Positions 23,788 to 37,765 of a DNA stretch of 64,000 nt are shown here, piece by piece. The notes beneath the pieces are model-generated. The model was not told where the DNA came from. It did not search any database and saw only the letters and a program-made list of their open reading frames with translations. Positions within the stretch are counted from its first letter, which is position 1. The number at the start of each line of letters is the position of its first letter. Source of the stretch: Podarcis vaucheri (taxonomy: Eukaryota); assembly GCA_965113315.1 (NCBI GenBank), contig OZ220363.1. The stretch is one strand, 5' to 3'. A program made the position numbers and the translations under genes.

Positions 23788-26504
23788 ATACTGACTCCTG
23801 AAGATGAGACTGTGTGACCCCAAAGCCCATTGGAAGCTAGAAACAGTCTTTGCATTAGGTCTTTGGCAACATAGCTCAAGATCTGGAACATCGTTGCGTT
23901 TCTTTATGTAAGGTCTTATTGGGCTACTTCCCACACTAATTACTTTCCCTCAGAGATGCTTAAAGTGTGCAACTGAAAATGTAGAGTGCGAATCTGGCAA
24001 ACACGTTTGCAAATATGTGAATCACACACATATACTCATTCAGGAATCCTGACTGGCTGTGTCTCCCTTTTGAGTTATGCTCTGTGGAACATGCCTTTAT
24101 CAGAATGTACTGCATCTGTTCCAAGCATACAACCAGGTGATGGAGGTGAGACTAAGGTGAGGTGATCTGTGTCAACTTCTGCCCAGCAATTCAGGTTCAC
24201 AGCACCGTCACTTCCTCTTCGGGTCAAATCAGTCAACCGTTTTTTAAAAGTCTTATTTTCAAATCTACTTGACTTTTTTTTTTGAGGGGGGACCCTCGGC
24301 TGAATTTGCACATGTTGACTGAACACACACATAGAGATTTGCAGAGCAAATTAAATCTCTTGTTCGGATTCCTGATCAGAGAAGCTCTCATTAGAATTTC
24401 TTCAAATTAAACAGTGTACAAGTAAGAATGTGATGCGTTCTAAACAAAGGCCCTTCTGAGGAACTGGAGGAAACAAGTACAGTACTGAAATGGAGCCATT
24501 ATTTGCCATGAATCTCACCACCCCACCCATTAACCCATAATGACAAAAAACCCAAGGCCCTAAAGGGATAATTTGAGCTAGCTTTTAGATGAAGGGCAAG
24601 GAAGATGACGAAGGACTGTGGATGGGGGTGGGGAGAGAATGTCACATTTATAGCGCAATCTTATGCACATCTACTCAGATGTACATAACACTGAGTTCAA
24701 TGAGGCTTATGCCCAAGTAAGTGTGACTGCCAATATGGGTCCCTCCAGATGTTGGACTCCCATCAGCTCAGGAGATGATACTGGAATGGTAGTCACCAAT
24801 GTATATTATTGTAGGCCTATTTCCTTAATCTAGTACTAGAACAATTGACAAGCTCCCAGATAGGCTGCTGTGTCACCAGTAGGAGGAATAGTTCTGTGAG
24901 TATCTAAAATAATTGGAGGACTTCCTAGGTGTTGCATTCTATGGACCGAAATCTTTAACCTGAGTCGGCATGCAATTTTGATTGCTCATGGAAAGGAGAT
25001 CTATCATAACCAAATTGTAAAGCTTTTCTCTTCCAAAGAGAACCTGGTTCCGAACATAACAACTGAGCAAGTATGAAGGCATGGGGACAATTGACGTGAC
25101 TGAGACAAGGCACAGCAAAATCTTGCTTTATGCCAGAAGTAGATTTGCTTGATGTGCAAAATAATATTCAAATATCAGAACATATGAGCATTAAGCGAAA
25201 GAAGTCAAACTTGCTTGGGTAATTGTTGGCAACTGGAAAACTTTGCTCTGAGCACATTGAAAGCGAACTGTTACAGTCCAATTGCCAGTTTTAATCCCAG
25301 TGATTTAGACAGGCACTGCCCGTCAGCATTACATATTTAACAAGAAGTCGTGATTATAAACCTCTGCTTAGTAGTGCAGGTAAAAGTCCGCTTTTGGAAT
25401 ACATGCTTCACCCACAAAGCCATCAAACGAGCTCCTTTGACTCATAGCACATATTGACAATTTTTCTACTCTATTTACTCTTCCTCGCCTATATGCCACC
25501 CTTCATTTTCACCTGTACGTTCACCCTTTTTCCCAGAGCTACGCAAAGCTGCTAGTCGTCTGCTTTCTTCCTTTAGCTTTCTGCTTCATGTGAAGAATCA
25601 ACAGAGATGAACATTTTCTAGCCATTCCAAAAAATATATCAAAAGGTTCTTTGGTTTTTTTGCCGTTCCACCCCTGGCATCTGACAACATTAATAGAAAT
25701 CTTGGGGGTTAGAAACAAAAAGAACATAGCACATCGTTTGCCTTTTTAAAATAAAATAAGATAGTTTGCTTGGGTAATATTTAAAGGTGCAAGGAAAGAA
25801 ACTAATGAAGCCGTCTGGTAGCTGAAAGCAAGGATCTGCTTTAGTGTGTCCCCATCACTTCTCCTCCCTTTCCCCTGCCCAAAGTTGAGTGTTTCAAATC
25901 AAGTTCCTAAAATGATGTAATCTAGCTTGACAAAAACTACTGAATCTTCTGAAGTGCTGAGCCCTCCAGTCTCATAGAAGTTAATAGGGAATTTGGCTTC
26001 TAAAGAGTTCAGATGTTCTGCCATTTTTATTAGCGTGCCCCTAGGCATTAGTAAATTATGAAAAAACTAAGCCCAAATATATACCTTTAGTCTTCTCACA
26101 TTTGTGTGGAGTATGGAACTATAATGCAATATTGGGATGTGCACACTTCTTTTTAACAGTGGAGGGTTAAAAATTGTGTTGGATAAGTGCTTTCATTAAC
26201 GCTAATAAGCAGCATTTATCTCTCTGCATTAAAATGGTGGATTAAAAATCATTCATCTATCAGATCCTCCCATGAAATACACAGAAAGTTTTAAAGGAAT
26301 TTAAAAAAACAGGTATTGATTAAAACCCATGCTCAGAGATGAAAAATATTAAGAAAATTAGTGACTGAAAATCCAATATAGAAAATATGGAGGGTTTTTT
26401 GGGGGTGGGGGGTGGGGAATCACATGAGAATGATCCAGCCAGCATAACTCTGCAGATGATCAAAGCCAATCTTGAGTACAATTATTTTTTTTATCAGTTC
26501 ACCT

Positions 26505-26742
26505 NNNNNNNNNNNNNNNNNNNNNNNNNNNNNNNNNNNNNNNNNNNNNNNNNNNNNNNNNNNNNNNNNNNNNNNNNNNNNNNNNNNNNNNNNNNNNNNN
26601 NNNNNNNNNNNNNNNNNNNNNNNNNNNNNNNNNNNNNNNNNNNNNNNNNNNNNNNNNNNNNNNNNNNNNNNNNNNNNNNNNNNNNNNNNNNNNNNNNNNN
26701 NNNNNNNNNNNNNNNNNNNNNNNNNNNNNNNNNNNNNNNNNN
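26505..26742. other. N-gap (238 nt)
   Basis: Run of N. Confidence 0.99.
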
Positions 26743-29700
26743 TCTTTGTATGCCGAATGTAGGTCACTATCTGGAAGCCATAAGTTGCTTTTTGTTAAAT
26801 AATCCATTTAAGCTGCTTTCCTTGCCTACAGCCTGGGTTGTGTCTCTTCAGTGGGTTTTGGGGGGTGGGGGGTGGAGATATTCTAGCCTTGATTCACAAA
26901 GCTCCTAGGAAGCAAACACACTGGTATTTTTTATTTTAAGATGCTCTTCTTTCTCAGTTTCGGATTTTTACACTTAGTTCTGAAAAGTAACTCCCATTGT
27001 TGCTGGAGTCGCCCTTTCCAGTGCAAGGAAACTGCTGCAGATCAGCTTGTGCCCCTGAGAATTCCTTCATGTCTTAATGGAAGGTAAGCTTAGGAAACAT
27101 GCCAGCAGGCACAAAATCAGTGATCAATGTGCTTTAGGATAGCCGATTTCTAACATGCAGGTTTCCGCACTTTTATTGGGTATCTAAATTATCTCAGCAT
27201 AGGGTCAGTGGGATGTGGGAACAAACCTTTTTACAAGAGCACAGTTGAAACCTAAAGTCCAGGGGTATGCAGGGCACATGACTTTGCAGGAAAGAGGATT
27301 TGCATACCTGGCAAAGCTACGAAAATATTCCACATACTTTTTTTGTTTTGTTTTTAAGTGTGATGTGTCTGAAACCTATTAGTAAGCAAAGGGTTAACTA
27401 GTTAAACTTCTACAGCCCCCCCCCCCAGTAACTCTCTCCAATAGCAGACAATAAGTAAAAGAAGTGCTGGTTATCCATTTTTAAAGGGATGGGGTTGGGT
27501 TTTTTAAAAAAGAAGATGAAGAAGAAAAGGAAAAGAGGATCAAACACCTCAGGCCAACAAAAGGTTGTGTCAGAGGGCCTTCAATCACAAACCTCCTTCA
27601 ACAAGAGATCTCCCAACCTTCCAGAGCAGTAACCCAGGCAGCGCAGCTAAAAAGTCCCCTGACATAAAAAAAAGAACAAAAGCCCCAGAACAGAGGTATT
27701 TATTGTTATGCACACTCCTCTTTTTTATTTATTTATTATTCAGGCTTCTTCCCCTACCCCAGAGAGGGGGAAAAAACTTTCTTTGCATAAGCTATTGGTG
27801 TGGGAAGTAATAGTGTTGAAAAGAAAAGCTTCCTTCTCACATTGCGAACCTCCTAGGTTGTGCGGATTGTGTGCAAGGAACACCTGATGAACGGTGAGGC
27901 GAAGTTCAAAAAAGAAGTTCGCATCCATTTCAGGGGGGGGGGGGGACAGCAAACGCAGAAGGATGAAAACAGTAAATGTATCTTGAACACACATTTTTAT
28001 CCCCACTCTACTTTTTTTTTCTTTTGAAAATGAGCCGAGTTGTCTGTGCACAAAGAATGTAAATTATTTGCCTTTACAGTGTCAGGTCTTGGAGGTATCT
28101 TAACAGCATGGAAGAATTTTCCACTTAAATGTAAATTATTAACAAGTTGGAATTTTCATTTGTTTTATCTCCTGATGTGCAATCTAAATAAATAAATGGC
28201 ACAGTTTACAGGATTCGCCACCCACTTTCCCTGCACTTGGAGGGACATATTTTATAAACAAGCTTCCTTGGCTTAAATAGGGGTGGCACATCAGATCATT
28301 CCTGCATCACTTATCTTTGTCTCTGCACGTCTGAGGGTACCCTCCCTTCCCCTTTCGCTAAAACAAATTTACCTCCGGTACTTCATCAAGTTTTGCTATG
28401 TAATATCGCTAAATAAACATCACAGTGGTTTATTCATAAAATATTCATCTTTCAAAATGTTCCATCCCATCTTCCCCTCCTGGGTTTACCTATGTTTACA
28501 AATATGTAAGCCTTGTTAATGTGCCTTGGCTGGGGAATCATGAGAAGTGACCCTCCTTGAGGCAGAAGCCTGTGATGGAAGGAGTGTATTATTTCAGCTG
28601 GGGAGAACAGCAAAGCTCCGGGATGATACTGATTGATTAAGACCAGATGGATAGCCACACATAGGTGTGACGAAAATAGAAACATATTGCAAACATCCCA
28701 AGTATTGAGGTTGGGGAGGTGTGTGGATCCTGCCCTACCTTATCTGCCTCCTGACAGGTTCTAGAATTTAAGAATGTTAATGGCCACACTAACACGCGTT
28801 CGCCTGTAGTTTGGTGACACTAACCGCAATGAATCAGGCACGAAGTTATGTTTCAAAAATAAATCCCGGTCCCCTCCCCAATCCACACACACTCCTCATC
28901 AAAAAATGACAGCTGGTGTACTACTGGGGTTGGGGGGGGGGAGAAGGAAACATACTCTTATTTGTCCTCAAATTAATTCACCGGGGCTGATTCCACCCAT
29001 TTAAATTTATATGTGCTTAACCTCCCCCCACCCCACAGCCATGCCGGAGAAAACTTTTTACCAACAGCCAGAGCCCACATCCTCACCCTGAAATTAAACT
29101 TTCTGAAACCACAGAATGGAATAAGTGGAGAATTAGTGACCTCTGGTTTAGAGAAGAATGTTTCATTGATACCGTCTTGGCTTTTATGTTTATTGGCCAT
29201 AAATTGACTGACTCTCTCTCTCTCTCTGTAAGGCTTTGGTTGCTCTTCACAGAAAATAAAAGCTAATGGGCTGAATCCTGCTCACCTTACTCAGAAACAC
29301 AGTGAATGGAACATGGCTGGGGGGACGGGGCGGGAGGAAGCTGCAGACTATCTCCGCCAATTCATTGATGAAAATGCTACTATGTTTGATGAGGACGTTG
29401 ACCTATTAGTATCTAGTGCTGCTCCACGGCTTGGGTTACATCTTGTCACAATATTATTTGTGGGGGTTGAGAGTGGGGAGTTGGAATCTCACATGAACCA
29501 AAGGTACCAAAACAAAACTCACATTATTTGAATTGGGGTTAAATTTGAAGTAACTGAAATGGAACCTGTGGAACTGTATTTGTGTCAAGCAATAGTACAA
29601 ATTGGCTACTGGACCCAGTTTCAATTGTTTACTCCTTCTTTCACAAATTTATTTTGATAGTGTGTGATGCGGTGCTTTGAAATTATTGCCCTGGGGCAAG

Positions 29701-30075
29701 GTATGGTGGTGCTGGTAATAACAACTTACAAATGTTCCAGTTGTACTGTTTACAAAAATTAAAGGATAATTTTAAAGTACACAAAACACAGCCCTGCATA
29801 TTTATTACTCTTCTCAAGTTCTACAGAATTATTGGCCATTAGCTAGTGACAACTGGCTTTAGGAAGGGAGGGGTAGGAGGAAATCTTTGGAAGAAACAAG
29901 ACTCCTAGTTTTTCTCTTTCCCCCCCTAAAACTTATGTTCTTCTCAGCAGGAAGCCTTAGTTCATGGTCTCCCTCACAGAGGCCTGAACCTATTACGTAC
30001 ATGCTATAAACATCCTCAGGTTTCACAGACAAACATTTGTCCATAAAATCTTGACTGGCATTTTCTGGAAGTAAA

Positions 30076-30077
<2 letters not shown>

Positions 30078-30127
<50 letters not shown>

Positions 30128-30144
30128 GTGTGTGTGTGTGTGTG
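30078..30144. repeat. Head-to-head (AC)24-C-(TG)9 microsatellite
   Basis: Direct reading; self-complementary. Confidence 0.93.
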
Positions 30145-31359
30145 CGTGCATTAGCTCTGAAGCAACTCCTGATAGGTTTCTTTATATGTTACAGATAGTT
30201 AACATGCTTTCTTCTTGTGTCTGCATGAAATCTAATCCTTCTAGCTGAGAATTTGCTTAATCACAAAGGCTACAAATCACTGACTCCAAAATTATTCCGC
30301 TGAAGTTCCACTGAGGCTTTTGGAATTAATTTGAAACTATTGAGGATGTGGGCTGAAACTCAGCAACCTGATTTAACAGTTCAGGTAAACTGTTTGGCTT
30401 CAGCTGATGTGCAGCTTGATCCTATGCCTACGTTCTCAGATGGAGATCTCCCTGGGTTCCTACTGGGTTCAAAGGCGCCTTTGACCCTCCCCTGCTTGTG
30501 CCTGGGATGGCAGTCATACAACTTAATCTTGTGCAAGTTTTCTCAGCAGTGAAATTTACTGTTTTCGGTGAGATTTTACTCCCATGTAAACATTTGTAGG
30601 ACTGCAGGCTTTCCTGTAAATCATTTAAACTGAAATATTGAGTCAACTTCAGGAGAGGAGAAAGTGGTGGTACTGTAATGTTCAAAGACATTTATTCTAA
30701 AATACATTTACAACCTAACTGGCAAATATGCCAACAAGAAAAACATGTGTTGTTTTTTTTTAAAAAAAAGCAGGAGGAATGCTTGGCATAACGATATAAA
30801 AATATTTGTCCAGTTTCCAAGCTGAAGATGACTTTATTTTCTTTATTTTACAACCCAGGTGACCACAGTTGTAAAGGCTTTCCTTTCTCTCTCCCCCAGC
30901 TGAGAAATAAAACCGGCTCATTTAAGGAGGGATCATTATTGTCAGAAGGATCTTTTGGCTTCGAGACTGTTTTCCACAAAGCTGAATTTCACCTCCCCAT
31001 AGAATCTTGGAAGTTAAATTGGGAGAATGTTGCTCAAGACAAAGAAGAAGGAAAAGACTTGTTTGGGATAAAGAAAACTGAAGCATCGTTACTTACACAA
31101 TGGCACTAAAATGCACAGGGCATTACTTCTTGACTTTTCTCTACAGGATCTACTTATTTATCTCCTGTGCATGTTAGGTTTTATACAAGAAACGGTTTTT
31201 TTAAAATTTATCAGTTGAAACATGCAAGTGAGATAGCAGCTTCATCTCATTTTATCTGTACTTGAAGGCCTCAGTATCAAGTTTTAAAAGAAGCCTGCAC
31301 ATTTTTTGTGTGTTTGTGTGTGTTGCTTTCTCAATCACATAACTACATGATACACATAC

Positions 31360-31446
31360 CCTGAACCTAAGCATGTGCTCTCAGAAGTGAGTTCCACCAG
31401 TTTCAATGGGATGTGTTGCCAAGTAAGTCTACACAGAATTGCAGCC
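31360..31446. repeat. Approx. 90-bp degenerate palindromic dispersed repeat (one of at least 9 copies)
   Basis: Pattern AATCCTATGCA..TACTCAGAAGTAAGTCCCACTGAGTTCAATGGG..TTACTCCCAAGTAAGTGTGTATAGGATTGCAGCC, judged by eye. Also seen at about 24652, 30517, 44342, 51175, 55908, 56019, 56113 and 58064. Confidence 0.65.
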
Positions 31447-31543
31447 TGTGGATTCTCCCCCAACTTCCGTTCCCTCTGTCCATGATGACCAACATCCAAA
31501 CGGATGCAAACGCCCAGGGCAAGGAGCTTACGTTGGCCCATGG

Positions 31544-31545
<2 letters not shown>

Positions 31546-31585
<40 letters not shown>
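31546..31585. repeat. (TTTA)n microsatellite
   Basis: Direct reading. Confidence 0.9.
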
Positions 31586-31586
<1 letters not shown>

Positions 31587-32317
31587 AAGACCTATGTTCA
31601 TCTTACAAACAGATGGTCGCATAAAAAGAATCACAAAATACATGACATGAGCAACCATTTGTTGTATGAAAAATACTGATTGAGGATCAACCTGGATAAA
31701 TGGCAGCAGGTGAGGTTGGGAGTAGCTCCACTAGCACTGTGGTCTGCCAACACTCTTGAAAGCACAGCTTGTGAATGGCCAGAAATGTTCTGCCAGGCCT
31801 TCTAGTAAGGGCAATGGGACTTCCTCCAACCTTGTCGGCCACTCAGTGGTGGTGTGAGTCAAATGCTTTCTCCCACCTTGCCTTGCACCCAGCTCTCTGT
31901 TCAGTTTCAAAAGTGGTTTGCCATCAGCCATGGGGCAAGGGTGGGGAGAAAAACACGAATCTATTGGTGCTGCTTACTCCTGCCCATTATTATATAGAGA
32001 GTGGTCATACCAATCTGTTTTGATTTTGATTCTTCGATTAATAACTCAAGATTGTGAATGCTTTCATGGATATTAATGGGCAGGTGCAAAAGCAGATGAA
32101 CAGACGATAACCAAAAATAAAAGTTCATCTCATGTGGACTTTAAAAAATATATATAAACCTATGGCCAGGCATGGGTGGTACTAACCCCATGGATAAAAT
32201 GAACTCTTTCTACTTCAAAACTGTAATTGTGAAGAGACTGGGTTATTGGAAACAAAAACTGTTTCTGATGTTATTTTCCTAAATATGTCTTAGTGCACAT
32301 GTGTCTTAACATCCATA

Positions 32318-32685
32318 AGGTAAAAGGTAAAGGTACCCCTGCCCGAACGGGCCAGTCTTGACAGACTCTGGGGTTTGTGCGCCCATCTCACATCTATAGG
32401 CCGGGGGCCAGCGCTGTCCGGAGACACTTCCGGGTCACGTGGCCAGCGTGACAACGCTGCTCTGGCGAGCCAGAGCCGCACACGGAACGCCGTTTACCTT
32501 CCCGCTGGTAAGCGGTACCTATTTATCTACTTGCCCCCGGGGGTGCTTTCGAACTGCTAGGTTGGCAGGCGCTGGGACCGAGCAGCGGGAGCGCACCCCG
32601 CCACGGGGATTCGAACCGCCGACCTTTCGATCGGCAAGCCCTAGGCGCTGAGGCTTTAACCCACAGCGCCACCCGCGTCCCCCCC
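32318..32685 (-). mobile_element. Full-length Sauria SINE (Squam1), young insertion
   Basis: Minus strand GGGGACGCGGGTGGCGCTGTGGGTTAAAGCC (A box) ... GGTTCGAATCC (B box) ... (ACCTTT)n tail. Perfect 15-bp TSD GTCTTAACATCCATA at 32303-32317 and 32686-32700. Confidence 0.95.
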
Positions 32686-33444
32686 GTCTTAACATCCATA
32701 TCTCACGTTAAAGGATTATGCATGCATCTTTGCCCAGCTAAGAGCTTTGAAGCATGCCTCTTTTCTGAAAGACAAACAAATATAGCCCTTCCTGTATTCT
32801 AGTCTGTGTACACCTGAAAAAAAGGAATATAAGAAGCAACCCTAAATCTCACTGATTTCGATATCACTTCCCTACATGTCAGATTTGCATTTTAGGGTAC
32901 AAATAGTTCTGTCTCCCTTCACCCCAAACTCTTTGTTCTACATTGTGTACACTAAGTCAGTCCTTCCTTTTGAAAGGCAAACGTAAGCGTATAATAATGA
33001 AGGAGGGATATTAGGAAAGCGTTCGGGAGAAGGGACATTGTGAGGTTTCTGTACAAGCCAATTGTGGAAAGGTTTGCTCCTCTTCAGTGTGGTCCAAGCT
33101 TTCGTGTAGGGAATAAAAACAGGAAGTGGAGCCCCAAATAGTCGGCACTGCCCATTCATGTAACTATCAGTAGCAAATCATATGAAAGGACTGACTTTCT
33201 GGATGCCCCCACCTTATAATATTTGTAAATACAAGGTAACAAGCAAATTCAGCAGCAAGGCAAGGAGGCTAGACAGACTATGCTCCTCCCACTTTTTAAA
33301 ACCAACCAATCCCAAGCTTCAAAGCAATTAACTCAATAAATAACAATAACAGGAATACAGGTAGGCTTTGAGGTGCTATCCACTATATTGCATCTAAGAT
33401 CACGTGTAAAACTATCTGCCTGCATGACTATCTCTGGGTGCAAA

Positions 33445-34907
33445 CTTCTTAAGGTGGACAGGGAAGGGTGTAACTGCAAGCCAGTTAGGTTAACATCTGT
33501 TCTGGGAAAACTTATGGAAAACATGATCAAGGATAGAATTGCCAAGTGTATAGAAGAAGAACAGGTCTTGCTGAAGAAGAACCAGCATGGTTTCTAAAGG
33601 GTGAGACCTGTCTAACTGACCATTTAGCATTCTTTGAGAGCGTTAATAACCATATGGGTAGGAGTCACCTAGTAGACACTGTCTACATAGACTTTCAAAT
33701 AGCCTTTGGTAAAGTCCCTCACCAAAGATTCCTTAGTAAGCATAGCAGTCATGGGATAAGAAGCCAGGTCCTCTTATGAATCAGTAACTCATTAAAGAAC
33801 AGGAAACTTGGAGTCAGAAGAAATGAGCAGTGCTCACAATGGAGGGTGTAGGAAGTGAGATCTTTCAAGCATCAATACTAGGACTTTTTTATCTTGGTCA
33901 TATGTGGCATGGCATTAGGGACGAGGAGTCTTTTGTTTGCTGATAATACTAAATTGTTCAGGGTGGGTAAGAACAAAAAGGGAAAGGTGTTCCCCAAACT
34001 GTATGGATAAGTGGCACCTGAAATAGCAGAGAAATCTCAATGTGAATGCGAACCCCAGTATGTGGCGATTGTGAAAAATGTGAATTTCATATTGGGGGTT
34101 ATTAAGAAAGGGTTTCAAAATAAAGCTGCCAGTATCATTATGTATTTATACAAATCTATGATGCTACTGTGCTTGGAATACTGTGTTCAATTCTGGTCAC
34201 TGCACCTCAGAATTTGCATTTTAGAGCAGAAAATGTTTCAGAAAAGGGTAATAAAAAAGGAACAACTCTGTTATGAAGAAAGGTTGCAACATTGGATTTT
34301 TAATGGCTTAAAAATAAATAAAGGATTATGTATGGTGGATAAAGAGATGTCTTTCTCCTTCTCTCATAATAGTAGAACCCAAAACCATCCCATGAAATTG
34401 AATGTTGAAATATTCAGGTCAGACAAAGGAAGTACTTCATCACTTAGTCATAATTAAACTATGGAATTCATTACCACATGGCAGAGGTGGGTTTAGGGGA
34501 GAGCGACCAGTTCAGTCGCACTGGGGACAGAGCCTTGGGTGCACAGCGACTACGTAGAGCGGAAGGCGATAGAGGGGAGAGTCAGGTTTTTGCGTCACAC
34601 AGGGTGCCATTGAAATTGGAGACCCCAAGGTCCACCACTGCACATGATGTAGCAATGGTGACAAACTTGGTTTTAAAATAGATTTAGATGGTTTTGAAAT
34701 TAATTTATGGCAGTTGAGGATATCGAAGACTACCACTACCAGCCATGATGGCTGTGTAGTTCCTTCAGCAGTGGAAGCAGTATGGCTCTAAATGCCAGTT
34801 CGAAGGGAGAGTGCTGAGGCACTCATGTCCTGCTCAAGGGATTCCCATGCGCATCTGTGAAAACAGGGTGCTGGATGAGGTGGGCCTTTGGCCTCCTCTT
34901 GTGTTCT
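33445..34907 (+). mobile_element. Degraded CR1 LINE (RT region to 3' UTR), with stops, frameshifts and internal deletions
   Basis: Peptides NCKPVRLTSVLGKLMENMIKDRI...NQHGF, VDTVYIDFQIAFGKVPH, LFADNTKL and LYKSMMLLCLEYCVQFWS match CR1 ORF2 motifs. CR1-type 3' UTR. Confidence 0.9.
34482..34640. mobile_element. hAT-like MITE (159 bp) inserted in CR1
   Basis: Ends CAGAGGTGGG / TCCACCACTG, flanked by CACATGG / CACATGA. Interrupts the CR1 'WNSLP.DVV' region. Confidence 0.7.
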
Positions 34908-37464
34908 TTCTTTCCTCTCCTTCTCCTTCTCCTTCTCTCTTTCTCTTTCTTTTATGAGTAATCAGGCCACGAATCTCTCTCTAGTGTGTGTGTGGAGGGT
35001 GCCTGCATACAGTATTGCGGAGCTCCAAATTACAACCCATTTTAAATGACTTTATTATGGATTTCATGCTTGCAGTTCATTTGTTTCCTTAAACCTCCCA
35101 CGCCCATCGCTGCCCTATGAGCATACAGCATGCAGGCAGCATAGCAGCTCCCACATGTCTTTGCCGACACAATGCAACTTTGTTTTCAGCACTGTAGAGC
35201 TTTCCACAAAACAACGCAGACTGAAATGCTTTGCAGAGTTGAAGAGGAGATATGGAAGAAATTACAGTAAATACCGTGCCGTCTGCAGTGATCCCACATT
35301 CCTGCCAAGAGTGTGTGGCTCTCCCTTGCACACCAGCCCCACCCTGATGGCCATCATTACATTGTCGCATTTGCCTCGTGATTAAAAGGATAGATGGACC
35401 AAACCTTCCAAAGGGTCAGAGCTGCCTGTTAAAACTTTGCTCTTTGCCTTGTTAAAGTCTTGAATGGGAAGGCCTATGGAGAAGGCTTTCTTCCTTTAGT
35501 TTGCTCTTGTTAAGGGACCAGCCCAGGGAAAAAACCCAACCCAAATCAGCCCTACTGAAATCCAACAAAACAGAAGCATACTGTTAAATTCTCAAGTTCC
35601 ACTGATATCAACAAGATTTAGTTGCAGCTAACTTTCACTGGCTTGCACCCCCTAGAAATGCAGTATCCCTATTAAAAGAAAGTAAAGGACCTACTAATCA
35701 CAAGTAGTTGTGTACCTACATCTAACCACTTAAACTGCTGCTATGTGCAGAAAATGTTGGTTTTGTGGGCCGGCCCTCCTTTGATCTGTAAATTAATACC
35801 TTGGTTTTTGTCTCATAAGGCTAGCTGCAAAATGAACTAACTAGTATTCAGATAGGGACAATAAGAAGATGTGGAGGTAACAGTAAAATATCTTTGCCCA
35901 TAGACTCGTTCATGAGTCTACGACAGGAAGTTCTCCTATACAGACAACTGAGCTCTAGTTCTATGCCCATGGTTTTCTTCCATTTGGGTGCTACTTCCAA
36001 AATATGGTCTCTGTCAATCTAGGGTTACTAAGATGTATTTCATTGTAGTGAGATCTGAAAAACACGTCTTTAAATTCTGCATGCCGAAAAGTTTCACTGC
36101 CACTTCTACATGGGATAATTAGCATGTATGCCAGAATACAGTGTCATATTCTGTATGCTAGAATATACTCTAGAAATAGGGGAATCAGTCATGTGAGATG
36201 CACATAGCAGGGAATGAGCCAGCTTCTTATGGGGTAGTTTTAAATGCATAAAGCTGTCGAGAGATAGACACTTTCTTGCCTAAAGATCTGCAAAATTCTG
36301 GAATATTGAGGAACCTTTTGAAATACAGCCTGCTCTTGTAGATCAGGAAGTTATAGGAAGGCTGCAAGTAAAAAATATCATGCCTCAACAATCTCTTGCT
36401 CCAAGTGAGTGTGTGTGTGTGCTTATGTGTTAGAGTAGTGGATTGTTTTACAGATCTATGACTCCCTAGTGGATTTCATTCTACTTTAAGAAATTACAGT
36501 TCATCATACTATGCAGCAGATAGCAGGGATATATGCATGCCAAACCCACCGTCTGAACCAATGATTGCTAAATAGTATTCTATTCTGCCAATTAATGCAA
36601 CTTAATTTTAATCATAAACCGAACTAGTCTTGTTCTAATGCGGTCTGCCTCACCATGACTGTAAAAGCTAACATCTCCTGTTAAGGAAAATAAACTTTGC
36701 TTTGCTTTCTTCTTCTTTTTTAAAAATTGTATTCCTGAACAAAACAGTGGCATGGTTCCCCAATAAAATATATAGTGGTGTGGGCTGAAAAGTGCATGTA
36801 TAGCAATCCACATTATTAGAATGTTTAAATATTAATTATTCCACTGCGTAGTAAAGATGATCAAGTGGGAGTGCCAACTAGTTTTCTAAAAGCGGCAATG
36901 CTCGTTTTAATCTAAACTTCAACTGTTAAGCAAAAAACTAAAAGACCAGCAAGTTCAGCCTGCTCGAGTATGTTTATTTTTATTGGTTTCTACAACCTTG
37001 TGTGTGTATTTTTTTAAAAAGTAAAAATAAAATCCAAACAAAACCCATAAACCGACATTAACTCCGTAGCTTTAATCACTGCCAATAAGACTCCAGCGGT
37101 ATATTAGAAATTACGGTTCTATTTCTTGAAAGCAACATAATTTGGAGGGCTGGAGGCGGGGGAAGGAACAGGCAGCCAATACAGAAGTGCAAAGTTCAGT
37201 AAAATACACTTAACTGTTGAAAGCCCAAATTCTTAGAGACGTGCACATGTTTATGTACCAAAAAAAGGGACCTAAATGCATGCTGCTTTCTCCCTCTCCC
37301 ACAGTTCTTCCCTCTTCAAAGCAGCTTTCAGCTGTTCAGAAGTGAGCCATTGTGTGAAAAAATATTGTTCAGGTGGTACCTTGTTCTGGTGTGTGAGAGA
37401 GGCTTGAGAGACAGATGGGTAGACAGATGTACAATGCTACATAAAAGTAGAAAGACTTACATTA

Positions 37465-37466
<2 letters not shown>

Positions 37467-37497
<31 letters not shown>
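37467..37497. repeat. (GT)15 microsatellite
   Basis: Direct reading. Confidence 0.95.
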
Positions 37498-37499
<2 letters not shown>

Positions 37500-37765
37500 G
37501 CCTTAAGTGACTGAGTGTGAGCTGGAGGAAAATGGGCACAGCTGTGGGAAATAAAGAGTTAAGCCGCTCCCCCCCCCCGCACTCTTCCCTTCCCCTTAGA
37601 AAGCTCTTGCTCCTTTAAGATTTTCATAGTCCAATCCGAGCAAAAAGAATCACTTTGAGATTCTTAAGAGAAAGACAAAGAAAGAGTGTGCGCTCAGACT
37701 CTTAGGCTTCCTTCCGTCACTCATGGATGCCCTGCCAGGATTTCCCACCTGAGACAGATTGCGAC

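Noticed and set aside
23796-23850. CCTGAAGATGAGACTGT...GAAACAGTCT as a Penelope hammerhead
   Set aside because: The GAAA lies inside the AGACTGT/ACAGTCT pairing rather than after stem II, so the core topology is wrong.
27880-27910. CTGATGA-ACGGTGAGGC-GAAG as a second hammerhead
   Set aside because: Stem II does not form, GAAA is replaced by GAAG, and there is no convincing stem I or III.
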